A stretch of DNA of 64,000 nucleotides, taken from the NCBI RefSeq assembly GCF_006345805.1, contig NC_042997.1, positions 202,492,001 through 202,556,000 on the forward strand. The letters run 5' to 3'. Within the stretch, counting starts at the first letter, position 1; every line of letters begins with the position of its first letter. This document shows, in pieces, positions 51,950-64,000 of the stretch. Below the pieces are notes generated by a model. The model did not search any database. It had not been told where the DNA came from and saw nothing but the letters and a program-made list of their open reading frames with translations. The position numbers were made by a program, and so were the translations under genes. Origin of the DNA: Octopus sinensis. Lineage: Eukaryota.

Positions 51950-52623
51950 AATTCACTTGTACCCAATCTTTCAGAATATCCTTCACAAACATTCGCAGAG
52001 AAAGCTTGCCTCCCTTCTCCCTAGCCTTCACTCAAAACTAACAAGTTACTATTTCCTGAGGCTCTGAAACATTTCAAAAAAATCTACTTTATGAATACAC
52101 TTATACTTGTGTCTATGTACAGTCTCACCATGTGGGGAATGATTTCCTACTCTTTCCTTCATATCAGGCAAGCCCAATTCACAGATCATAGCTATGGGAA
52201 CTAAGTCATCAGCATACGTGAATTCCCATAGACAACCAGTTATGTTTGCTTTTCATTATGCATGTTGAAATCACAAACAATGCTGCACAGCTGGGTTGAC
52301 AGTACAATGAGATAGGTTAAGAATGGGGAAAACGATAATAAAATGGAGAAATTGCAAAAGTCGAGGAATGCTTGTTTTTGAAAAGAAAGAATAACATTTT
52401 TAACAAGTGATCACTTAGGGTGACACGAGAACAGCTTTCTTCTCAGTTTCAAATAACAAACATGGGCAAGAGTAGGGAAAAGTGAGGAAACAATAAGAAA
52501 AAATCCCTGCTGGCATTAACCACCCCCCATATGCGCTGCATTATCTCCCTCTAATAATAACGTAAGCTCATCCCAATACCAAATTGCAAGACACCCTTCC
52601 TGTTTACCTTCTAAATGATTTAA

Positions 52624-53812
52624 ACCTGGCCGAAACATTTTTTGGTTCATAAGACCAACCCAGCCAGGAGTACCCTTTGTTATTTCACTTTGTAAATTGA
52701 GTTATAGTATTGCTTGACGTGATATCTGATACTTGTTAGTACATTAGAGATATCTGATACTCATTAGTTCATTTGTGAAAATACACGATTTCACTTTGTA
52801 AATAGTTGAGCTATAGTATCTGACATTGCTTGATATGATACCTGAACTCAGTGAATTTTGGGAGATTTTTTTCCACATTGATTTATTTTTCAACTTTGAA
52901 AATAGATAAGAGTTTCATGCTATCAAGCAGTGATTCTGAATTTAAAGGTTTTGCAACAGAAAATATGGAGATATTGAGAAAAAGAATGAATAAGGTACAA
53001 AAGCACGTGGTGTATGAGAATGAATAGGATATTTCTGTATCTGAAACCAAAAGCAGTGAATCTGGAGAAACTGAAAGCGGTGATAGCAACAGTAAAGACA
53101 ATTTTACATCAGAATGAAGTAAAAACTTTTAAAATGTTTTTATTAGCAATTTTTCTGAGATGAGGTCTATCCAACAGTCTTTCTTAGGAAGCGAAGGCAT
53201 TAGACTTTTATTTTTTTCAGTATGCCTGTTTGAAGCAAGCACTATGGAAACAAACAGTATATGCCAGGAAAGTCCACGAAATGGGGGATCAAAGTTTAGA
53301 AAATTTGTGAAGCAAATACTGGGTACTGCTGTGGATTTAGTTTTTATACAGGGAAAATAACGTTAGTCAGCATGGCCTAGGGTACGATGTGGTCTGGAAT
53401 TAATCACTTCCATACCATAACCAGAGCTGTATATTATTTTTTGACAGATTTTTTTTTTAGTTCGGTCAAACTTGCGGTGGATTCCAGTATGGAACACCTG
53501 TGATGTGCACAATTCTTCTATATCAAAATTTTATCGCATACCCAATTGAATATTAGCTGATGATTCATTTTCTATGGTGATGTTGAAACAAAATTTTAAT
53601 ATTTTAAATTTTTGCTCAGTTTACCTGTAATTAGAGTCACTTTGAGACAAAAGTTATGCAATAGAATTGATTAAGAACCCTTTAATCATGTTCCAAATAT
53701 CACATTAATATGTTGATAAGTAAGAAAGTTATACTTGTTTAATGAAACTAGCTGAATTAATAATTATTTTAGAATTTAATTGAAACTCATGAGGGGTGTA
53801 TTTTGGTCAGGG
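52624..53812 (+). mobile_element. Decayed piggyBac-like non-autonomous element
   Basis: TTAA|ACCTGGCCGAAA...TTTTGGTCAGGG|TTAA imperfect TIRs; remnant acidic SSDSEFKGF...SSESGETESGDS stretch resembling piggyBac transposase N-termini. Confidence 0.45.
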
Positions 53813-54330
53813 TTAAAGGCAAACATTTTACCAAATTTTCCAGCATTTTAAAAATCGTTACAAAAGCAATTGATCTCAACAGAAATGTGGTAAAAGAATT
53901 GAGGACTATTTTACCAGTGAAAGTTTTGACTTCAATATTGTAGAAGTGTTTCGACACAACAGATCATGTGTGTGGGAGAAGTGGGCACAGTCGTAAAAGA
54001 CATGCCTGTATGGATGGATGGTCGCGATTTTACTGAGCTCACATCAGGTATATGTAATATATAAAAAAAAAGGAAGGCAAGCATTTAAAAATTTTTTTTT
54101 ATTAATTGCATACAAAAAATGTAATAAAGCACTAAAAGACAGCCATTCCCATATAATGGGATAAAATTTGCATAGGTATCATGGACAGTGATTCAGCTGA
54201 ATTCAGTGAAGATCTAATTTAAAAGAAAAAATTAGGATGGACAAATACATCAACGGCCAATAAATACATTGCTACCTGTTTTGAAGGTCCAAGTACATAG
54301 TAGCAATAGGCGCTGGATCAGCAAAGGTAC

Positions 54331-57300
54331 TTAGAAACCATGTACCTAAAACGAAAGGAAACATCACAAGATAATTACAGGAAAGAATTTAAATGACATA
54401 CATACAAATGGTCTTCAATAAAAAATAGAGAAATAACCATAGTTACCTTCAACTGGTCATCTTTGGCAATGTTGTGATTCTTCAGAAAATCCTTTATGTT
54501 GATTCTCTGATCTCCTTGCAACTGTATAACTTCCCCGTACTCAGGATGGTCCACTACAGTACCATTACAGGCGAATTCCTGTTAAAAGCACAACTTCCGT
54601 TAACAATACAGAAACACTTATCAAAATTAATACAACAATTGACAAAAGAAATTACGTCATAAGGGACAAGACACTTGATGCCAACCAAACTTACTTTCTT
54701 GCAGGCCTTGACTATCTTTTTTAAGTCAAATTGCGTCGAGATTCCTTGCACAGTAGTTAGGGTTTTTCGCCCGTTTCTCTGTTGAATCCGAATATGAATT
54801 ATACTGTCTTGAGCGCCAGAACCACCACCAACATCGTCGCTGGCAGGCTTCAGATCTGAAACAATAAAAAATTCCTTAAATCAGATTTCAGTAACAGCTA
54901 CCTGACTGCGCACGCACCTGTCAGCCTACTCTAATTAGACACAAATGACAACAGTTTGCTTTACATTCACTTTAAAATGTAAGTTTTCAATCAGAAATAA
55001 ACCAAAAATGCAGGGTGTCCACAAATTACCTTTACAATTTGAAAAATTTAGAAAAAAATGAAAGTTCTTGTGCAAAACTTTGTGAATTGTGGATGGTGGT
55101 AAACTTAACTGTCTACTTGCAGTACGAATAGACTTAGTTGGAGTACGATGAAATGCTGCTCGAATTCGCTCAACATCTTCTACAGATGTTCTTGGTCGAC
55201 CAGCCCCTGATCTGTGTAGTACGCTCCCTGTTTCCATAAACTTTTTATACCAGGCACGGATGCTTACACGACTCGGTGGTTCATTCCCATACATTGCCCG
55301 GTACTTCCGCTGGACCTGAGTGTCTGATTTGGTCTCTATGAACCAAGATACACATTGTGCTTTCTCTTGTGGTGTTGTCATTTTCATTAAAAGTCAGGGA
55401 TAATAATATACACCTTCAAAGACAAATGAAAGCGATCCAATTATTAAAACAAAGTACATCAATTAACACTTTCATAATATTTAACATGTAATGAAGTTGA
55501 TTGATAGATCTCAACTTTACTAGATACAAGATAATTTATGGACACGCTGCATAAAATAAAATTTTCTATACTACTTACTGACTAGATAAATAACTGAGAA
55601 TGTACATTATTTATAAAGTCTAATCCAATATCGTCACTCTTAGACAAAGGTGCCTAAGAACAGTAAAAGCTATAAAAATAAGGATGATGGGTAGTTAGAT
55701 GTAGACTTAAATATATAAGTATGCCACATATATAAAAGTTCTGACCGTATTTAAAGGCTCAATTAAACAATACGAAAAAAAATTTGGTTTATTTAATTGC
55801 CAAGTCTTCCCTGTGACCTCATTTCACCTGTCAATGAGCTATTTAATAACACGTTTATAAGATTCTTTAGGTTTAGAAGTGAAAAGGGAAATTGACTCAT
55901 TTTCGACTTCAAGTCTTAATCCACTCAAATGATTTTAACTTCTAAAGAGGTATTAATCTGTAGGTGCGGGATCCAGTGAATATGGTGGGAGATGCATAAT
56001 TTTCTATGAGCTCTTAGGTCTTTTCTGTAGGGCGAGGTCAAGTGTTATCATGATGAAGCATGACTCCTTTTCTGTCTGCTAATGATGGATGCTTTTGTTG
56101 CAAAGCTACTTTCAAGCGTGTTAGCAGTATACATCGGCTGTTCTTCTTGTTAGATTATCGTTTGAAAGCCATGATTAATTATTTCACGCATATCCCACCA
56201 GACACCCAGGAAAACCTTCCTTGGAAGCAGATCACTTCAGGGCTGTTGAACTGGATCTTCACCACCACTGTGCCACTGACGTTTTTGCTTTACATTATGG
56301 TAAAGTATCCACTTTTCTTTTTCAGTAATGACTTTTCAAAAAAGGCATTTGCCACTCACGAGATCCATTTTCTAACCTTTGACACTTTTACAAAGCCTTT
56401 TCAATTAACGGTGAATGGTGGTATGGCTCACGTTGAAGTCTGTGCTTAGTTCCTGAACTGTAACAATCAGATATGTTTCCAACAGTAGGTTCCAACGCAT
56501 CAAGATCCAACCCTCTTGGGCGCCCTTTCTTGGTTCATTCTGAAGGCTGTAGTCCAGGTTTCTGTATCATGAAAAACATCTGCTGCACGTTATTTGAATC
56601 ACTACGCCATCACCATAAGTGTTTGGGAATGATTTTGCTGCTACACTTGCATTATTATTGCCTGTCTTTCGTTTTCACCCGCAGAAACGTCAAACTCGGG
56701 CATATGGGATCATATGATTGTTCGTGAATTTCCGTAATTTTTTAATTTACTATTCGCGCTCCGTTTTCAGGTCAATGTATTTGTAGTCAGTCACATGCAC
56801 ACATACAAATGTATTTTTGTATGTACATGTATATACACACACACACCAATATGATAGAGTCTGACATATCAAGACATTTCTGGGGTAGAAAACGGAAGAT
56901 GGCTGCATTATTCCCTTTTTGAAATTCATAAAGCGACGATTAAGTGCTTTACTCCGAGTGAACATGGGACCAATATAAGTTCGATTATGGTAAAATTGAC
57001 AAAATCGGCAAAATTTTTCGATATGGAAATTGATATAATTTCGCCGTATTTCAAATAGAGTCGAAAATCCTTATAATTTACCAAATCGAAAAGCAGTCAA
57101 TTTGTTCTCATCGGTTAAAAAAAATAATATAAAAAGGTTATAAATGTAATGTGATTTATATTATTACATATAACAGTCGGAGTTTAATATAGGGAAGGCG
57201 GTTAGACACATAGGGGAATATTGTAAAAGTGAGTAAAGTAAAATGAGGAAATACCGATTATGGTGAATAGTACATTTAATCACTAAATAGAACAATATTG

Positions 57301-57831
57301 AATATATGCTGATAACAACCAACTAATGGATTTCAGACTAGAAATATTTAAAAATGCAGAGGCACTGAAAAGAAGGAATAAAGAGGCAAAAATAAGGAAT
57401 AAAACGAGGAAGTGAAATGGGTTTTTGGCGGAAGTTGTGACCGGTTTTTCATGGCGTGATCCAGAAGTTAGGAAATTTTTGAAAACTTTTCTTTTCATAA
57501 TCGTATGAAATCCCGTGTGGAGAACACAAATTCGCTAATTTTTTTCTGAAAATACTAAACATGATCGAAAGTTGTGAGAAGTTATAAACTAATTTCGCCG
57601 GATTAAAAAAAAGAATTTTTTTTTTTTTTGTTGAAGATGAAAAAACATGGCGAAGAAAGCAAAGAAAAGCCATGAAGAAATGAATCATCGCGAAATCCAT
57701 GAAGAAAACGGTTCTTCATTTTTATATTTCGTAATATTTGATTTTAGCGGCCTATTTTTATAGGAATGGTTAGGATTTTTAAGTGAAAATATTCGCTACT
57801 TACCTAAAGAAAGGCTCGGGATACTGGTCAT
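54331..57831 (-). CDS. EIF1: Eukaryotic translation initiation factor 1 (eIF1/SUI1), copy B, 111 aa, 4 exons
   Basis: Exons 57831-57804, 54855-54695, 54578-54447, 54345-54331, all GT-AG, same sizes as copy A. Protein MTSIPSLSLDLKPASDDVGGGSGAQDSIIHIRIQQRNGRKTLTTVQGISTQFDLKKIVKACKKEFACNGTVVDHPEYGEVIQLQGDQRINIKDFLKNHNIAKDDQLKVHGF. Confidence 0.95.
55011..55549 (-). mobile_element. Internally deleted Tc1/mariner-superfamily element (DUF4817-type HTH) in eIF1-B intron 1
   Basis: TIRs CAGGGTGTCCACAAATTACCTT and (rc) CAGCGTGTCCATAAATTATCTT. ORF from 55387: MTTPQEKAQCVSWFIETKS...SIRAWYKKFMETGSVL..GAGRPRTS...KSIRTASRQL..P.STIHKVLHK; catalytic domain deleted. Confidence 0.9.
55850..56760 (-). mobile_element. 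Decayed mariner transposase remnant in eIF1-B intron 1
   Basis: Minus-strand pieces EPRKGRPR, ITEKEKWILYHNVKQKRQW, PRKVFLGVWWDM, VMLHHDN, PPYSLDPAPTD-YLFRS; ends not resolved. Confidence 0.8.
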
Positions 57832-58132
57832 ACAGCAGGTAGTGTTATTCCACCAAGAGATATCAAACCCCGACGGTGAGGGGTGGAAAAGAGTTTTTTC
57901 TGGAGTTAAAAACGGGAACGAAGACGAACCGATACACACAGAGGAAGACCTTGTGTGTATGTATCAACTTGTTGATGGGTTTTGAGAAGAAAAACAGAAG
58001 AATTCAAAAGAAAAAATAGAGTTGGGGGGAAAAACTGAAAATTAAGTTAAGAAGATAAGAAACAAACAAGCGCGAAGACCAGACTTAACATTTCAGCCAA
58101 TCAGAACCAAGTCTCACTAAAAGTTCGAGAAT

Positions 58133-58753
58133 AACGCAGAGAGTTTAGTAACCAATCCTTTTTTTTTTAATTAACTATATTTATTTTTTCATCTCACCGA
58201 AATGTAATTTCAACGAATTAAATTTTATTTTGAACATGAAATTTTATATTATTTTTGCTATTATTAATTTTTCTCATAACAAAGCTTAACGCAGAGAGTT
58301 TAGTAACCAATCCTTTTTTTTTTTTATTAACTATATTTATTTTTTTCATCTCACCGAAATGTAATTTCAATGAATTAAATTTTATTTTGAACATGAAATT
58401 TTATTTTATTTTTGCTATTATTAATTTTTCTCATAACAAAGCTTAACGCAGAGAGTTTAGTAACAAATCCTTTTTTTTTTAATTAACTATATTTATTTTT
58501 TCATCTCACCGAAATGTAATTTCAACGAATTAAATTTTATTTTGAACATGAAATTTTATATTATTTTTGCTATTATTAATTTTTCTCATAACAAAGCTTA
58601 ACGCAGAGAGTTTAGTAACAAATCCTTTTTTTTTAATTAACTATATTTATTTTTTTCATCTCACCGAAATGTAATTTCAATAAATTAAATTTTATTTTGA
58701 ACATGAAATTTTATATTATTTTTGCTATAATTAATTTTTCTCATAACAAAGCT
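58133..58753. repeat. Tandem array of four ~155-bp units upstream of eIF1-B
   Basis: Units start 58133, 58288, 58445, 58600 (AACGCAGAGAGTTTAGTAAC...CTCATAACAAAGCT). A single homologous unit is at ~16668-16812 in copy A. Confidence 0.95.
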
Positions 58754-61700
58754 ATTTACCACATGTGCTGGTCTATTCTTTTTTTTTTCTGTCTAAACTA
58801 TAAACGTCCTGTTTTAAAAAATACATGACAGACATATTAGTATTAGTAAAATTATCATTTACTTATTTACGTAACGGTTTCACAGCTGAGCCAAAATTGC
58901 CATGATTAATAGATAAATAACGTGTGTCTGTATGTACAAGTGACAATACATAGAAGTTCCTATGAAAGTTATTCGTATTCATTGCTTGTTGATCTATTGA
59001 TAATTTGCAAGCAATCATTATCCAAAATGTATCGACACTTTTTTTTTTCTCCTTCCCACTCCTTTCACATGATTAATTGTACATATTTAATATTCTTCGT
59101 TATTGTAGTTTTATCAAATGTGTTATAAATGATTACCAAAAAGAAAAAAAATGCCCCGCCTTGAATTTATTAAAGCATGATAAAATTAGACATTTCGACC
59201 ATAAAAATATTAGTGTAGGGAGCGATCCGTATTTCACTTGTGTTTTACATACAAAAAAAATAAAAGAAGAAATTAGTTATGGCGAACCTCTTAAATCCAG
59301 TCAGCAACTCGTATTAAGTAAGTATATTGTTTTCTACTGAAATTGGCTCCATTTCATTCGAGAATAATTTACTCAATATTATAACTTTTCAAAATCACTC
59401 GTGTTATATGTTTGTTTGTAAGTGACTAAAAAAATCGAAATAATCTAGCTTAAAGAACACAAATGTATAGTATATATATATGTATGTATATACATATATA
59501 TACTATACACACACACACACACACACACACACAATGTTGCGTATATATATATATACATGTGTGTACTCGTTTCAATCATTAGAATGCGGCCACGCTGGGG
59601 CCCCGCCTTCAAAGACAAGATTCTTTTATTTTTCTGTAAAGATATTTACATTTCAATATTTTTAATTTCCTCGAGATCAATTTATAAATAATATCGAATG
59701 ATCGTGTGATATTAATACAAACAAAATTTAAAACAAATGATAATGGTAATAATTGCAATTATCTACAAAAAAAAAACTGTACAGTCAATAATTTTGACAA
59801 TTATTCTATTATCTCGATATTATTTAGTTGTTTTGATTGATTTCTTTAGAAATCAATGAAGATGTTTTTTTTCTCTGTTAGCGAAATGTCTGTTGTAATT
59901 CAGACATATATCAGAATGTTTAAATAATTCTAAGGATGAAACTCATCGTATAAATATTTAACATTTTTACGAATTGTAAATAATGTACTTCAAAATTAAT
60001 TTCATTGTTTATTTCTCTTGGGTGTTTTTGCTTTACAGTTGTTTGATTTAATCGATAAAAAAATTTTGAGAAGGGTACCTAATTTGCAGGAAAAAAAAAG
60101 AAGAGAATAGTGAAATCAAGGAGCTCTAAGTGGTCAGTTGGTGGAAGAGAAGACGATGCAAAACCTAGAAGGAAATGGGAGAGAAATGAGAGTAATGGCT
60201 ACTGTATGTGAACTGACTGAGTGTACTGGTTGGTGTAACTAAGTGAACACTTTGTTGACGAAAATCTCACCAGTGAAACGATAATAATGAGCAGGTGATG
60301 CTCATGTAATGTGTACAGAAAACTGAGTAACAAGCCCTCCATCGATTCAGGACAGCTGTTCAAACATGCTTTCTAAATGGTCGACTGACAGACGAGCCAA
60401 ATTTAAATCTCGGAGAAAGAAAAAGAATATGTATGGGTTAGGGAGAAAATAAGGTGAAATTATCTTTGACTTTTAAAAAAAGTATTTGAAACATATATTT
60501 GTGTATCAAAAGGTGGAATACAATTATAGGAGGCATGCAGAAACGGAAACCAACACCATTTTCAATTTTTTTCCCCCAAGAGGTGATAGTTTTGAGGAGG
60601 TGATTCAAAGAACCAAATGTACTGAGCTTGCTCCTCTGTTTCATAATACATGTCTATTATTAAGAATAATAGCTGGTGATTTGAAAGGAGATGTGAATAA
60701 GGAAGAGGAGATTTCTTTTCATTAGATTACAGGTTCCATTTGCCATTTAAGATGGCTGTAATTGATTGTATTGACTAAGGAGTTTTTGTTGTTTTTTTTA
60801 CTTTGGAAGAATGAAAGTTGACTTGGCAATGACAACAGTGAAATATTACTTTAAGATCATTTATGGGGTTGTTATACTGTCTCAATAGTTATTTTTGTGT
60901 TGACTGGCACCATTATACCTAAGTTAAGTTTCTTTTTAAGTAATGGTGTTGTTAGTTTTTGTAAAAGGATCATTTACTTTCAAGATCTGTCAGCAAATAC
61001 AGAAAAAAATAACATTCAAGATGTTAAAAATATATTTTCCAAAACCTCTGACTCTTCACGCAAAATGTCGTTTTTCAGAAAGGAGTAACTGTCGATAGCA
61101 AAGTGAAGATAGAAGGCATACGTGTAAAGACAACAGGGAGGTCAATAGTCATTTCAAGTTAATGAGAATACATTTTTGAAATTAGTTATGTTCATTTTCA
61201 AAGATTTTTCTCTTTATAAATTCTTGGTTGATATTATTTTTTTACCTATACTACGAAGTAATATTTATTTAACTGTTTCAGTTCAGATTAACATTGCTTC
61301 AAGTTTATTTAATCAACCTTGCCTTACTTATCTATGAAATATGTGAAAAATGAAAACATATTCTTCCAGATTGAGTTTGCTAATAATTCAGCACCCTTAA
61401 TGCTCAAAATTTTTTCAGGTGTTTATCAACCCCTTGGATAGCCACATAGACCCCTAGGAATCACTACTAATCACTTTGCTGGTTCCTGATCTAGTGACAT
61501 GTGTAAGTGGACCATCTCAATAAGGCTTCAGATTTCTTTGAAATTGTTATTAGAAACAAGAGAAATTGTGGTACCATCATTGTCATTTTAACATTCACTT
61601 TTCCATGTTTACATAGGTCAGACAGATTTTCAATGGCCAAATACCTCTCTTGTTTGGAAGAATGGTAATATTTCCCCATTGCAGGGCATGTTTCCAAAGA

Positions 61701-61800
61701 ATGTTGGAAACAAAGGACACAGCTTGTATGACAGTAATAATGCTTTCCAGCTGTTCTGTGATGTCAAAACAATGAGACAGAAACACATGTGTATGTATTA

Positions 61801-62016
61801 CAAGGGGTTGCTGAAAGGTTCCTGGTTTTGGGTAAAAGAAAATACAGAAGGATCAATTAATTATGATCGTATTCAATATATTTCTTTCAGATCCACACAC
61901 TTATTGCAGCGGTCCGCCAGTCTTTCTAAGCCCTGTAAAAGAAATCGGAAGGTTGGACCTCTAAACCAGGTCTTTCGTGATACCCTTAAAACTAGGAACT
62001 TTTCAGTACCCCCTCA
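61801..62016. mobile_element. Mariner-derived MITE, 216 bp
   Basis: TA|CAAGGGGTTGCTGAAAGGTTCC...GGAACTTTTCAGTACCCCCTCA; inverted homolog of 49776-49991. Confidence 0.75.
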
Positions 62017-63154
62017 TCTATATACACACACACACACACGCAAACTGTCTTTGGTTTCCATTTGTCAATTCCACTCACAAGGCTTCAGTTATCTTAGGTC
62101 TGTAGAAAAAGATAATTGCCCCAAGTGGTACTGAACCCAAAGCCACATGGTTGGGATGTGAACTTCTTAAGCACTCAACCATGCCTACACCTTTTTCCTG
62201 GAAACTAGAACTTTAAATAAAATTCAGTTAATTATCCAAAATTTTTAATTAGAGGATAAAAACATAAATTTTGCTTATTTATTCTTTTGTAAAGTTATGT
62301 TTGAAAAATATATAGTTTAAAGACTGTTCATTGATTATATCTATTTCATATTTTTTTTTAATTACAACAGGCTGTCAAATTTTTTTGTCATCAACCCACT
62401 CCCATTTAATCTATTAATAACAAGTATAGATGGAAAATTAGATTAGTTATATATTATCTAAAACTAAAATAAAAACACAAATATGACATTACTTCTAAAT
62501 GTTTCCCTTTCTCAGTCTTTTTATATCTGTTATGTCATTCTATACAAAGCTCTGATGAAATATGCTCCACCACAATCTTTCTCTGTCTCTCTTTCACTAT
62601 AAACTTATCTCTCTCTCTGTCAGTATCAACCTTTCTCTCTTTCAGTAACTTTTCTCTCTTTTCATCTCTCTCTCTCTCCCCCTGATTGCTCCTTATTCAC
62701 TCCTCTTGCACTAGCTATCACGTTTTAGTTTTTCAACCCACTGACTTTTTGTTAGAATGTCCTCATTATGTTCTCTCTCTTCCCGTCTCTACTCACATGG
62801 AAACATCCCAGCACATAAAATCGCTATTTTACTAACAGTTCAAGCAGCGATGGAATAAATGTTATGTGATGGGGCAGAAGAGAACTCTAAATTTCTGTCA
62901 GAACACTTTATCATAGGTGTGAATTAGAGTTGAAGGATAAACTAAGGAATAAATTGGGATTAACAAAAGGAGAAAGAGACAGGTAACAAGAAGTGTAAAG
63001 ATGAGATATTTAAAGAAGCTTAATATGTTTGGAAAGTTAAGTTAGGTTATTCTAAGACAACCAACATAAAGTACAGTAGTTTAATGTTAACGTATTTAAC
63101 ATAGTGAGCATCAAGAGTATTGAATAAAAATGAAATGGGCAGTAAAGGAAAAAT

Positions 63155-63603
63155 CCCAGTCATTGCCAGTGCTGCCTGACTGGCTCCTTTGCTGGTGACA
63201 CTTGAAAAGCACCATTCAAGCGTGGTCGTTGCCAGTGCTGCCTGACTGGCTCCCGTGCCGGTGGCACTTGAAAAGCCATTTGATCGTGCCAGTGGTTTAT
63301 GAAAATTACCATTTGAGCATGGTAGTTGCCAGTGCCGCTTGACTAGTTCCCATGCCAGTAGTACGTAAAGAGCACCATTAAGCATGGTCGATGCCAGTAC
63401 CACCTGACTGGTCCTTGTGCTGGTGGCACATAAAAAACACCCACTACACTCTCGGAGTGGTTGGCATTAGGAGGGGCATCCAGCTGTAAAAACCTTGCCA
63501 GACCAGATTGAAGCCTGGTACAGCCTTCTGGCTTGCCAGTCTTCAGTCAAACCATCAAACCCATGCTAGCATGGAAAGCAGACGTTAAACGATGATGATG
63601 ATT
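63155..63603 (+). mobile_element. RTE 3' UTR-derived copy with ~5 tandem hairpin modules and (GAT)n tail
   Basis: Repeated GCCAGTGCTGCCTGACTGGC...GTGCCGGTGGCAC units; absent from the paralogous site (~19250) in copy A. Confidence 0.88.
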
Positions 63604-64000
63604 ATGCAAGTATGAGAGACAACTCTGAGTTTTGGCCTTGTCGGAGCTCTTTAGCAAAGCATAAACGCCATACTTGGTGCAGTAGAGTGTAGAAGTATTC
63701 AGACAATGGGTTACTGCAATTCATTCATTTACTTTTATGCCTGTTTTTCCTAGCTAGCATGGCTTAGATGAATATATTATTGGGGCATAATTTCACATCT
63801 GAAGGCCTTCCTGTTACTAACACTTACCTGTTTCTCAAATAAAAGATATCTTATTCCACACACCTTTGAAGGAGCCAAACCAGCTCAGATGATCTGTTGG
63901 TGGAAAATAACAGAAACGTCACTGCTTGTAGCTTAGTGATTTTTGGCAAATGGAAACAAACAGCAACACACACAAGCATACACATATACATACATCCATA

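Larger units (their letters stand above)
50835..64000 (+). repeat. Segmental duplication copy B (eIF1 locus), expanded by insertions; runs off the window
   Basis: Collinear with 10915-19670. Extra insertions at 51554-51949, 52624-53812, 55011-55549, ~55850-56760, 58133-58753, ~60930-63600. Confidence 0.9.

Overview
AT-rich, microsatellite- and transposon-dense eukaryotic DNA. The SINE/RTE repertoire and (GAT)n tails look like an Octopus (cephalopod) genome; this is inference from recalled repeat families, not a search. The only confidently identifiable host genes are two intact, 4-exon, minus-strand eIF1/SUI1 paralogs (A: 14724-16284; B: 54331-57831). They lie in a direct segmental duplication (~10.9-19.7 kb vs ~50.8->64 kb, offset ~39.6 kb at the stop codons). 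Each encodes 111 aa with an invariant ribosome-binding core but an atypical N-terminus. They differ by 14 nonsynonymous vs 4 synonymous changes (hand count), next to a 101-nt intron that is 100% identical. Both keep a weak AUG context. Intron 1 of copy B holds an internally deleted DUF4817-type Tc1/mariner element. Its intact HTH ORF ends at a phase-1 donor-like site (AAG|GTAATT) in frame with eIF1 exon 2, which could give a 221-aa transposase-eIF1 fusion (untested). Copy B also has a 4x ~155-bp promoter tandem repeat. The rest is RTE, CR1-like and R4-like LINE fragments, three tRNA-type SINE families, decayed mariners, piggyBac/hAT/mariner MITEs and several long palindromes. A motif-rich ORF fragment at 2-139 is probably an exon of a gene entering from the left.
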